Positions 1-8,753 of a DNA stretch of 64,000 nucleotides are shown here, in pieces. The stretch comes from an uncultured virus (IMG/VR IMGVR_UViG_3300025809_000016) (taxonomy: Duplodnaviria; Heunggongvirae; Uroviricota; Caudoviricetes). The stretch lies in IMG/VR virus record IMGVR_UViG_3300025809_000016; one strand, 5' to 3'. The stretch's first letter is position 1. Each line of letters opens with the position of its first letter. The notes under the pieces were generated by a model. That model had not been told where the DNA came from and searched no databases. It worked only from the letters and a program-made list of their open reading frames with translations. The translations under genes and the position numbers were made by a program.

Positions 1-1
1 A

Positions 2-3000
2 ACTTATAGCTCTAAAGCAGTTAATAACTTACAAGTAGCTGCCGCAAGACCTTCTACTCTCCTGAGTAATAAAAGTGTTGAAAAAGACCTCCGAAACTTT
101 ATGAGAGCAGAGGCTAACAACACCGGCTCCATCCTGTCCCTTGTGGACTTTCGCGGAACCTCTATTCTAGGTAAGAAAGAAACTCGTAGAAGAGCTAATA
201 ACCAATTTGACGAAAGGAACGTTGGCGTTGACCCCCTAACGGGCGAGACTAAATCTACACTCATATACAACCCTGATTTTAAAGTATATCAGGAACGGCT
301 TGACTTCCTAGAAGGATCCAAGCTGCTTAAACCAGAACAAAAAGCATGGATAAAGAACTTCGCAGACTCCCTTGAAAACGATGGACTATCTGTCAATCAG
401 CAATCAGCAGTCGTAGAGAACCTTCGGGTTACCTTTGAACGCTTTGCTAAAGACAAGAGACCGTGGGAAAACCTTGCTGGAGTACTAAGAGCGGAGATGA
501 AGAACTCTGTTGTAAACACCTCTCGAATACTAGACAGACGATCTAAAAGCAGATCTCAGTTGTTCAGATTCGGAAAATCAGGTGACCAAGCCCAAGTACA
601 GATTCTTGGGGAATGGACAACGTTTGATGACATCACGGCTCGCGCCTTATCCAATCAGCGATTCGTAGACAACTACGCAGCCAATGAAGGCCTCGGATTC
701 GCACGTAAGCTATACTTGTCAGGTCGGTCTCCTTTGAGAACGTACTTCCCTAAACCCCCGGCGACCGCAGGGACTCTAGAGACTGTCAAGAAGAAAATGC
801 TTAAGCAAATAGAATCCTTACCCTTCGGTAAAAAGTTCTTAGACAAATACAACGGTGTCCCTTCGGATTCCGCTTTGACTAAGTTCTTACAAGCAGGTAA
901 CGAGAGAAAGAGAAGGTTCCTAGATTTGGAGTGGATATACGCCAAAAAGAAAGAAGACTTCCTCCAACGTTTCGTTACTCCTGCCTTTGCCAAGAAGCGT
1001 ACAAAGCTACTGTCTGAAATAACTAAAGATATTGCTACCGGGGTCTCAACAGATTACGATGCACTGTCTATACAAATAGGTAAGAAGATCTTTGAAGCTG
1101 AGAAATCTGACTTTGACATCTTCTTCCGTGCTCCTACTATCGCTAACTACCACAAGACAGGCTCAGAGGTGCTACAAGGGTTTAAAGACGCAGGCAAGAT
1201 CAAAGTAGGTCTAAGAGGCGTAACACGGAGAGGCATAAATGACTTAGAGTCAGGTCGCCCTCAAGTAGGCTCCTTTAAGGACACTATTTCCCGTGAGATC
1301 CAAGTTGTAGACCCTAATATGCTTCGTCTTCAGAGAGCTAACAGAGAGCTTAACTACGCTAGAAGAATAGGTATTACTCAGGACAGAGACAGACTTTATG
1401 TTAAAGCAGGCTCTACCAAATACTTTGATTCAAGAGGACGTAAGACCAGTCAAAGTCTTATTACTCGAAAAGCGGGTGGCAACTATGACCAGAACTTAGT
1501 AGACAGAGACTTCGCAGATATGCTCAACCATACTATGGATTTTGAGTGGGAAACAGACGTAGACATAGCATCTTTCTTTGATGATTTAGTCCGCTTCCGT
1601 GACCCCAGAGGGAAGGTCAAGTACTACGATGAACTGAACGGCTTTCGACAGATCATAATGCAGCGGGGTGAACAAGGCTCCGGTATGATGCAAGCGATTA
1701 AATGGCACAATGATAACAGAACTTCGTGGAGGAACTGGACGCAGATAGACGGCAGAGGACGGGTTTATACCCAAGGTTATTTACATCCTGCTGGCGGTGA
1801 GTTTGTTCGTCCGTTCTTAAACACGAAGGTTGCAAAGAACATATCACCAGAAGTAACAGATGAACTACGTATACAGCTAGGTACCCTCGTGGGAGAAGCA
1901 TTTAGCGTGCTTACTAACGAAGGTCGTATGCGGTCATTCAAGGCTAACGAGAAATCGTTCTTAGAGATAGGCAGGTTGCTAACCTCTAAGACTCAGAAAG
2001 ACAGGAACATAAGGGAGTTCTTAGAACATCCTTTAATCCGAGCAACAGAAGCAGAAGAAGTTCCTAAACTCGCTCGATTCGCCTTAGAATACTACCGCAT
2101 ACACAAACACGTAGATGGTGATTTCACTAATGAAAAACTACTAAGAACATACAAGACTCAACTCGGTAACGAGAATGACGCTTCCGCATCTGGAGCACAG
2201 GTGATTGCCTTATCAACGCGAGATAGAGCTTTAGCCAATGCCTCAAATGTATTAGCAACCGATCGAAAGAATCGGCTGTATGACTTAGTTGCAGAAAGAA
2301 CGATGTCTGATCCCGACTTCCAGAAGATCAACCCTCTTGGTAATGACCTCTCCTTTGGAGACATGGCGAAAGCTGCTAAAGGTCAATCAATGGTAGCCTT
2401 TTATGGTGCTGGACAGGCAACTCAAGCTGGTGCTATTGAACTAAAGCTAGCTAAGATTCTTACTCACAAAGATTACCTAGTAGTTACAGCTAAAGACCTT
2501 ACCGGATTTAATAAGTCGTTGGATCGATCTATTACTAACGCTACGGGTGATGATGCGTTGTCTGTGGCAACCGCTCTTAAGCAGCTGAAAACTGAAGTTA
2601 ACTACTCAATAAATAACAACGTTCCTGTCGGGAATCGCTTACTTTCACAGGTGAGAGATATCCATCCTGACTCTGAACTGTTCGTATCTAAGCTGACCAA
2701 TGTGAAAGGTAACATAGTCGGGCCTGCTCAATTTAGAGAGATTGCCCGAATCATGTCGAAACACCTTAAAGACATTGCTCCTGTAACGGAGAACTTCGTT
2801 TCCTTTTGGAAAGAGGTTGCGGAAGTTTACATCACTGAATCCAAGCTAGTAGATATACCTTGGGTTACAATAGATGGAAAAGTCCTTTTTCAGCGCTATC
2901 GTCCAACTGTCGAGGAGAGGATTACTTTTACGGATCCTGTGACAGGGAAGAAGGTAAGCAACATATATGAGGATTCAATAACAGATGACAAGCTAGTAGG

Positions 3001-3388
3001 TCGCTCGTCTATTATTGATGCCCGTAGTGGTTTAGGGGTAAACGGAAACCATATGAATGACGCAACCATTGTACGCTGGTTCCACTTGTGGGGCAAGAAG
3101 AACAATGTGTACACCGCTACAATTCACGATGGATTCTTCACCAACATATCTGATTCTCTTGCTGCAAAATGGCAACTGAGAGAACTCTATGCGAAAGCGG
3201 TAGAAGGTGACACACTGCTAAACACACTCAAAGAAATGAAAGCCCGAGGGCTATCTGAAGAGTCTTATGATCGACTTGTAAAGAAAGCAACTAGCATGGG
3301 ACTCCTCAATCCCGAAAATGGCATAACTGCCGCTGATATCATGGCTGACATCCCTGAAGGCTGGGACTGGTATGGTATTGGCCCGTAA
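2..3388 (+). CDS. Large T7-family single-subunit RNA polymerase, 5'-truncated by the window; candidate virion-packaged RNAP
   Basis: DGRGRVY motif, motif A ENDASASGAQ, motif B KGQSMVAFYG, NGNHMNDA and motif C TIHDGF. No stop codon in frame between 2 and the ATG at 101, so the gene probably starts upstream of the window. Confidence 0.9.
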   Translation, partial: TYSSKAVNNLQVAAARPSTLLSNKSVEKDLRNFMRAEANNTGSILSLVDFRGTSILGKKETRRRANNQFDERNVGVDPLTGETKSTLIYNPDFKVYQERLDFLEGSKLLKPEQKAWIKNFADSLENDGLSVNQQSAVVENLRVTFERFAKDKRPWENLAGVLRAEMKNSVVNTSRILDRRSKSRSQLFRFGKSGDQAQVQILGEWTTFDDITARALSNQRFVDNYAANEGLGFARKLYLSGRSPLRTYFPKPPATAGTLETVKKKMLKQIESLPFGKKFLDKYNGVPSDSALTKFLQAGNERKRRFLDLEWIYAKKKEDFLQRFVTPAFAKKRTKLLSEITKDIATGVSTDYDALSIQIGKKIFEAEKSDFDIFFRAPTIANYHKTGSEVLQGFKDAGKIKVGLRGVTRRGINDLESGRPQVGSFKDTISREIQVVDPNMLRLQRANRELNYARRIGITQDRDRLYVKAGSTKYFDSRGRKTSQSLITRKAGGNYDQNLVDRDFADMLNHTMDFEWETDVDIASFFDDLVRFRDPRGKVKYYDELNGFRQIIMQRGEQGSGMMQAIKWHNDNRTSWRNWTQIDGRGRVYTQGYLHPAGGEFVRPFLNTKVAKNISPEVTDELRIQLGTLVGEAFSVLTNEGRMRSFKANEKSFLEIGRLLTSKTQKDRNIREFLEHPLIRATEAEEVPKLARFALEYYRIHKHVDGDFTNEKLLRTYKTQLGNENDASASGAQVIALSTRDRALANASNVLATDRKNRLYDLVAERTMSDPDFQKINPLGNDLSFGDMAKAAKGQSMVAFYGAGQATQAGAIELKLAKILTHKDYLVVTAKDLTGFNKSLDRSITNATGDDALSVATALKQLKTEVNYSINNNVPVGNRLLSQVRDIHPDSELFVSKLTNVKGNIVGPAQFREIARIMSKHLKDIAPVTENFVSFWKEVAEVYITESKLVDIPWVTIDGKVLFQRYRPTVEERITFTDPVTGKKVSNIYEDSITDDKLVGRSSIIDARSGLGVNGNHMNDATIVRWFHLWGKKNNVYTATIHDGFFTNISDSLAAKWQLRELYAKAVEGDTLLNTLKEMKARGLSEESYDRLVKKATSMGLLNPENGITAADIMADIPEGWDWYGIGP

Positions 3389-3403
3389 CAAATGAACACT
3401 AAT

Positions 3404-3441
3404 GGATCTGTGATCCCTAACTTAATAAACGGCCTGTGGCC
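3404..3441 (+). promoter_or_regulatory. Twin C-UGU-G hairpins in the scaffold leader
   Basis: GGATC-TGT-GATCC (3404-3416) and GGCC-TGT-GGCC (3431-3441) directly before the AGGAA RBS. Confidence 0.45.
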
Positions 3442-3455
3442 TAGGAAATAACAAT

Positions 3456-4103
3456 ATGTCTGATGAATTGAATAACGAAGAAGGAAACGTAGCTCCAGCT
3501 GCAAGTGGAGAAGAGATTGCTGCAATGGTTGCCGCCCAAGTTGAAGAACAACTGGCTGGAATCAAGGGTAAACTTAATGACGCTTACAGTGCTCGTGATG
3601 AGGCTATCAAACGTGCTGTAACTTTCGAAGAAGAAAAGAAAGTAGCACAGATAGCACAACTCGAGGAAGAAGGCAAGCATAAAGAAGCAGGCGATTTACG
3701 CATTGCTGAGATGACTGCCCAACTGGAAATGGCTAGAAAGCAGAACACTGAACTTACCCGAGACAATGTCGTACGCGATGCTCTCAAGGGTATGGACTTC
3801 CGTAACGACACCGCAGCAGGGATGGCCTACAGCACTGTAGTCTCTCAGCTGGTACAGGACGAAAACGGATCTTGGGTTCACAGGACTGGAACTACCATCA
3901 CCGACTTCGCTGCCGCATTTCAGAAAGACGAAGGTAACGAGTTTCTTTTTAAACCAAAACAGTCTTCCGGGACTGGGCAACAAGCACCACAGGCCCCTAC
4001 TGGAGGCTTTGACACTAATAAGTCCATCAGTGAAATGTCTACCGAAGAAATACTTGCCGCATCTGCAGCTGGTCACTTCGATGGCAAGAACAAGTGGCTT
4101 TAA
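3456..4103 (+). CDS. Capsid scaffolding protein
   Basis: Acidic, coiled-coil, 215 aa, FLFK..SSG.G C-terminal motif, immediately upstream of the capsid gene. Confidence 0.75.
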   Translation: MSDELNNEEGNVAPAASGEEIAAMVAAQVEEQLAGIKGKLNDAYSARDEAIKRAVTFEEEKKVAQIAQLEEEGKHKEAGDLRIAEMTAQLEMARKQNTELTRDNVVRDALKGMDFRNDTAAGMAYSTVVSQLVQDENGSWVHRTGTTITDFAAAFQKDEGNEFLFKPKQSSGTGQQAPQAPTGGFDTNKSISEMSTEEILAASAAGHFDGKNKWL

Positions 4104-4150
4104 CTTTACACAACCTAACACTAACTTAATCAATCACGGAGACATTTCTA

Positions 4151-5338
4151 ATGTCAATCTCATCTGCCGCTTTCGGCACTCTGAACAAAGCAATCTCTGC
4201 ATACTCTGACGAACTGTACACACGCGCTAAGAAGCTTGTTGGTACGGAGCTTGTTGGTACTGATGCAAGCATCAATGCAAACGGCGAAGACTTCATCGGT
4301 CAGGTTCGCTTCTACAAGCCACTTGGCAACTACGCTGTCGGCGCAACTGGTGGAACTTCTGAAGACACTACCGGTGCTGCTAACGCTGTTGTTAACGTTG
4401 CTAGCCAAGACGAAGACTACGGAAAGACTTCTAACATCTCTACTGAAGTCCAGACTTACATCAAGACTGTCCGAACTCACGGCGCTAACGAATACATGGT
4501 CAGCTCTTTGATCTCTGGTCAAGAAGGTCTGAACAAGATCGCTCGTGACTTCGCTGAGACTCGTGCTGAAGACGAAGATCAGGCACTGCGAGCTTGTCTT
4601 GCTGGTGTTATGAACACTGAATTGAAAACTGCTAACGACCTAGCTGTCTCTAGCTATGCTGCTGCCTTCGCTGGTAACAGTGTTGATGGCGATCCTAGCA
4701 AAGCTTTTGCTTACGTTGCTGCTTCTTCTGACACTGTTGGCACTGGTTCTTCTATCGAAGCACTGGTTGATAACACTCAAGCTACCCCCGGTAAGCGAGT
4801 AGAACACATCATCCGCGCTATGGGCGCATGGTCTGACTACGCACCTTCTTTCGTCTACATGGTTATTTCTCCTGAAGTATACCTTGACGTTAAAGTTGCT
4901 AACTTGGTTGATGACGAGCGTGTTACCGATGGTAATATCTCTTTCGAAACTATCCTTGGTGGCGTTATCCGTGTTATCGTTTCACGGAACTTCTCTGCTG
5001 CTTTGGCTTCTGCTACTAACGCCGCTCTTTCTGGTGTTACTGCTATGTCTACTGTTAAAGTATCTTACATGATGCTGCCTAGCTCCGTATTCATGGCTGA
5101 CGTTCAGGTTGCTAACCCAGTTGCTGTTGATCGCAATGAAGGTGTTGGCATGGGCGCAGGTCGTACTACTGCTTGGTACCGTTGGGGATACGTAATGCAC
5201 GCACGTGGTTACTCTTTCACTGGTACACAGACTGCATTCGCATCTAACGCTTCCTACACTGGAACCGTTGGAACTCCTACTTGGGCTCGAAAAGCTGACA
5301 TCTTGAACCTCGGCATTCTGCCAATCTTCCACGCATAA
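4151..5338 (+). CDS. Major capsid protein
   Basis: 395 aa, strongly biased codon use, follows the scaffold; C-terminal R..YVMH.RGYSF...W.R resembles phage coat proteins. Confidence 0.85.
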   Translation: MSISSAAFGTLNKAISAYSDELYTRAKKLVGTELVGTDASINANGEDFIGQVRFYKPLGNYAVGATGGTSEDTTGAANAVVNVASQDEDYGKTSNISTEVQTYIKTVRTHGANEYMVSSLISGQEGLNKIARDFAETRAEDEDQALRACLAGVMNTELKTANDLAVSSYAAAFAGNSVDGDPSKAFAYVAASSDTVGTGSSIEALVDNTQATPGKRVEHIIRAMGAWSDYAPSFVYMVISPEVYLDVKVANLVDDERVTDGNISFETILGGVIRVIVSRNFSAALASATNAALSGVTAMSTVKVSYMMLPSSVFMADVQVANPVAVDRNEGVGMGAGRTTAWYRWGYVMHARGYSFTGTQTAFASNASYTGTVGTPTWARKADILNLGILPIFHA

Positions 5339-5358
5339 CTTATCAGGAGTAACTGACT

Positions 5359-5874
5359 ATGGCACTAGTAAAAGGAACCAATTCATACGTGACCTTGAAC
5401 GAAGCTGACAGTTACTTTGATGATCGCATGGATGTCTGTGAATGGACAAGTGCAACTGATGATCTAAAAGAACAAGCCCTTGTGACCGCTACTGCTTATC
5501 TCGATGAGTTAAGCTATGCTGGTCAAGTAGTCTCTTCGGAGCAAATGCTGGCTTTCCCTCGAACTGGGGTCTACACAGACCTTAGTCGGGGCGTTAGAGC
5601 ATACTTAAGTTCTACTTATACGTTTTTAGAGACTGATGAGACCGAAGCAAGTCTGAACAGAGACATACGTCTCCTACGAAAGGCTTGTTTCGAACTCAGT
5701 TTCCATATGGTAAGTAATGAAGGTGTTATGGATAAGTCCAGCACTTTTAAAAGCATCAAAGTTGGATCCATTGAGTTGGTCGGCGAAACTGCTGCTGAAA
5801 CCTTACCTTATAGTATTCTCAAACTCGTAAAACCAATGATGGCAAATAGTACTAGGTCTTGGGAAGGGTGGTAA
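5359..5874 (+). CDS. Head-tail connector (DnaT-like family)
   Basis: NSYVTL.EAD.YF...W......KEQAL..AT.YLD...Q.LAFPR signature. Confidence 0.8.
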   Translation: MALVKGTNSYVTLNEADSYFDDRMDVCEWTSATDDLKEQALVTATAYLDELSYAGQVVSSEQMLAFPRTGVYTDLSRGVRAYLSSTYTFLETDETEASLNRDIRLLRKACFELSFHMVSNEGVMDKSSTFKSIKVGSIELVGETAAETLPYSILKLVKPMMANSTRSWEGW

Positions 5875-5877
5875 GCT

Positions 5878-6228
5878 ATGTCAATACGAGCAAAAATCAC
5901 CCAAGCTGTCAACGCTGCTTTTAGTGCCGTTGGCGATCTAGCGCAAGATGTTATTCTTAAAGAAAGTTCTGAGGGAGTCTATGACTTCACTACTGGAGCT
6001 ACTGCTTCAACTGTTACAGAATCTACTGTTGTAGGTATTGTGATGGCTATGAAGGAGAAGCCTACAATAGAGAACATAGCTACCCCTATGTCAGAGGTTT
6101 ACATTAAGGAAGCAGACTTGCCTAACCCAAAGCTATACAGTGTAGTAAGCATTGCAAGCGTAGATCATAGCATTATTTCCTACATAGTAGAACCGGGACT
6201 TGTCACACTCAGGGTAACGGAGGGCTAA
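5878..6228 (+). CDS. Head closure/head-tail joining protein (putative)
   Basis: Position and size; G.YD..TG motif. Confidence 0.55.
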   Translation: MSIRAKITQAVNAAFSAVGDLAQDVILKESSEGVYDFTTGATASTVTESTVVGIVMAMKEKPTIENIATPMSEVYIKEADLPNPKLYSVVSIASVDHSIISYIVEPGLVTLRVTEG

Positions 6229-6229
6229 T

Positions 6230-6625
6230 ATGTCTAAATATGTAAATGTACAGCGGGACATAGAAGGCGTTTTCGCCACTTCCGCTTGGACAACTAATAG
6301 CATATCTGCATATCCTGTCAACTTTGCCATCCCTGCTAACATTGCTGAATTCGTCAAGATAGAAGTTCTTCCTTTGAAGAGTAATATCGATTACGGACGG
6401 TTTGGCATTTCGGGATTAGCGATTATCCAAGTTTACGTTCCTACCAATAAAGGTACGACACGTATACTTCAGATATCAGATTTACTAGATACCGTACTAC
6501 AAAACAAAACACTAGGGAATGGAACCCAGACTCAAGAGAGTCTCGTACAGATCCTAGGTCAAGATCCTGAAACTCCTAACCTCTTCAGAGGCGACTATCA
6601 GGTTCACTTCAACTTATACAACTAA
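6230..6625 (+). CDS. Tail terminator/completion protein (putative)
   Basis: Position before the tail tube; G..IIQVYVP...G pattern. Confidence 0.6.
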   Translation: MSKYVNVQRDIEGVFATSAWTTNSISAYPVNFAIPANIAEFVKIEVLPLKSNIDYGRFGISGLAIIQVYVPTNKGTTRILQISDLLDTVLQNKTLGNGTQTQESLVQILGQDPETPNLFRGDYQVHFNLYN

Positions 6626-6639
6626 GAGGTTTTTCTCTA

Positions 6640-7251
6640 ATGGCTCATATATCTTCTATCGGTGCGTCCAAGTTCACTACTCTGGACTACGTACTAAACA
6701 CTGCGAACAGCGACATCAGCACAGCTGCTGATCTGAACGACCTGTTCATCTCTAACCAAACTGCTATCCTTGCAGCTGACTCTCAGATCGACGAAGTTCC
6801 AGAATCTGCTGTAGTTCACGTTGGCAACATCCGTGAATTCCCTAGCTTGGGTTCTCCTGCAAACATCGTAAACGTTCCTGTTTACGGCGCTGCTGTTTCT
6901 TCACAGGTAGCTGGTCAGTCTGACAACGCTTCTTTGGAATTCTCTTTGAACTACGTTCCTAGCGATCACCACGCACTTGAAACTATCCGTAAGGCTGGTT
7001 CACGTTTGTGTTTCAGAGTTCGTTTAGCTGATGCTGACATCACTGTTGATGGTAACCGAGTTATCACTGCTGACAATCTTGACACTTTTGCTGACTTCTT
7101 CTTCTTCGGTAAGATCGCATCTTTTGAGATCCAGCCCGGACTGACTGACGCTCTGCAAGCTACAATGTCAATCGCTATCGACGGCGACTTCAATGGCCCG
7201 TTCAGCTTAGTTGCTGGTAGCGGCACAAGCACTTACGCACTTCCTGCTTAA
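6640..7251 (+). CDS. Major tail tube protein
   Basis: IREFPSLG.PANIVNVPVYG..SQV.GQSD pattern; biased codons; followed by a terminator. Confidence 0.8.
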   Translation: MAHISSIGASKFTTLDYVLNTANSDISTAADLNDLFISNQTAILAADSQIDEVPESAVVHVGNIREFPSLGSPANIVNVPVYGAAVSSQVAGQSDNASLEFSLNYVPSDHHALETIRKAGSRLCFRVRLADADITVDGNRVITADNLDTFADFFFFGKIASFEIQPGLTDALQATMSIAIDGDFNGPFSLVAGSGTSTYALPA

Positions 7252-7272
7252 GTACTGACTGTATTGAGTACA

Positions 7273-7300
7273 AGGGGATCCTTCGGGGTCTCCTTCTCTC
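7273..7300 (+). terminator. Intrinsic terminator after tail tube gene
   Basis: AGGGGATCC-TTCG-GGGTCTCCT hairpin then a pyrimidine run. Confidence 0.6.
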
Positions 7301-7333
7301 TACTATTCTTATAAACTAATGGATTAAATAATA

Positions 7334-7582
7334 ATGGATACCGAACGAACTACTCCATTTGATAAAGGTTTTGTAATCCAGACCACACTTCGGAACATGA
7401 AGAAAGATATAGACTTCAGTTCACGTAAGACGTTTGACAGATACAAAGACTTTCCAAATGAGCTCGACACTGCTCATAAAGAGAAGCGCACTGAGATCTT
7501 CGAGACTCTCGATGTACTAAACAAAATGCATAAACTGATTGACGAGTTCCAAGCGAACAACAGTCATCTGTTTGGCAAGTAA
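7334..7582 (+). CDS. Hypothetical protein in tail module
   Basis: 82-aa ORF in operon context. Confidence 0.6.
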   Translation: MDTERTTPFDKGFVIQTTLRNMKKDIDFSSRKTFDRYKDFPNELDTAHKEKRTEIFETLDVLNKMHKLIDEFQANNSHLFGK

Positions 7583-7628
7583 CATAACCTAAACTTAAAT
7601 ACAAACTAACACATACAGGATTATTAAA

Positions 7629-7931
7629 ATGAAGCAATTTATCGGACAAGTACAAACACGAACAGTTTCTTTCATGGACGGAGAAGTTGAAGTTAGAACT
7701 CTCACAGTTGGTGGTGCTAAAGCTATCGACCTGAAGACCAAAGAACTGGCTAAGAAGAAAGGCGCATCCGATATGGATCAGCTCGAGCTTCTGCGATTCA
7801 TCATTCGCACCTCAGTAGTAGGCGCAGAAGAGATGACTGACGAAGAGATTGACGGTTTCCCTATGACTGAACTAACCAAACTTGCTGAAGGCGTCATGGG
7901 CGTCACTGGTGCTCCAGAGGGAAAAGGCTAG
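7629..7931 (+). CDS. Tail assembly chaperone (gpG-like)
   Basis: Position; ends in slippery G-GGA-AAA at 7919-7925. Confidence 0.75.
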   Translation: MKQFIGQVQTRTVSFMDGEVEVRTLTVGGAKAIDLKTKELAKKKGASDMDQLELLRFIIRTSVVGAEEMTDEEIDGFPMTELTKLAEGVMGVTGAPEGKG

Positions 7932-8257
7932 AACCGGCTGATCTATGGCTGTATGATCTCGCTTTTCATTTAGGCATCCCTGTCTACTTGATTGAGCGGG
8001 ATATGCCAGCAGCAGAACTGCGTAACTGGGCTAAGTACCTTGATGCAAGACCTATAGGATGGAGGGCAGACAACGCTGCCGCTATGCAACTCTCCGCAGC
8101 TGGAGTGAAAGCAAGTGGCCACGAGTTGTTCAGTTCTCTCGCACAAATGAAAGTGTGGGAAGATGGAAGAGATGAGGAAGAGAAAGAGCGTATAGCGATG
8201 CAAAGCTCCTTATCCAAGTCTGTCTTCGGCGCACTCCTACAACAAGCTCACAAGTAA
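7919..8257 (+). CDS. Tail assembly chaperone -1 frameshift extension (gpGT-like)
   Basis: The -1 frame after GGGAAAA reads RLEPADLWLYDLAFHLGIPVYLIERDM... with no stop until 8257. Confidence 0.75.
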   Translation, partial: GKRLEPADLWLYDLAFHLGIPVYLIERDMPAAELRNWAKYLDARPIGWRADNAAAMQLSAAGVKASGHELFSSLAQMKVWEDGRDEEEKERIAMQSSLSKSVFGALLQQAHK

Positions 8258-8271
8258 TCAAGGAGGTCACA

Positions 8272-8673
8272 ATGGCAGTAGGTATAAAACTGTCGCTCAG
8301 AGGGGTTGATAAGACGTTTGCTAACCTCAACGAAGAACTTACCATGTTAGTAAACAACGCTCAAAGATCCTCCGCTATCGCTGCCACTGGTGCCTTGCAA
8401 ATTAAGACCCCCGTGGATACAGGTCGGGCCAGAAGTTCTTGGTCGGTAGGAAAAACAAACACTGCTAAAGACGCTGCTTTCACAGCACTCAGGTCAACAG
8501 CGGTGCTAGGGCCAGTCCCTAGTCGCACCATTGAAACTTTATACATAACTAACGGGACACCTTACATTCAGGAATTGAACCAAGGTAGTTCTGTCCAAGC
8601 ACCACCCCGGTTTATTGAGAAAACCCTCAATAAGTACTTCACGTTTACAGCTGGTTCTGTAAAATACACATGA
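8272..8673 (+). CDS. HK97 gp10-like neck/tail component
   Basis: TPVDTGRARSSW and N.TPYI..LN.GSS.QAP motifs. Confidence 0.8.
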   Translation: MAVGIKLSLRGVDKTFANLNEELTMLVNNAQRSSAIAATGALQIKTPVDTGRARSSWSVGKTNTAKDAAFTALRSTAVLGPVPSRTIETLYITNGTPYIQELNQGSSVQAPPRFIEKTLNKYFTFTAGSVKYT

Positions 8674-8679
8674 ATTAAG

Positions 8680-8733
8680 ATGCCCCTGATGGTTGACCTA
8701 ACAACATTAGGTTTAACTGACAGGGGCATTTTT
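8680..8733 (+). promoter_or_regulatory. Long hairpin before tape measure gene (terminator or RNase III-type site)
   Basis: ATGCCCCTG/CAGGGGCAT outer stem, GTTGACCTA/TAGGTTTAAC inner stem, T-run after. Confidence 0.55.
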
Positions 8734-8753
8734 ATGCTAAAGGAAACTTTATA

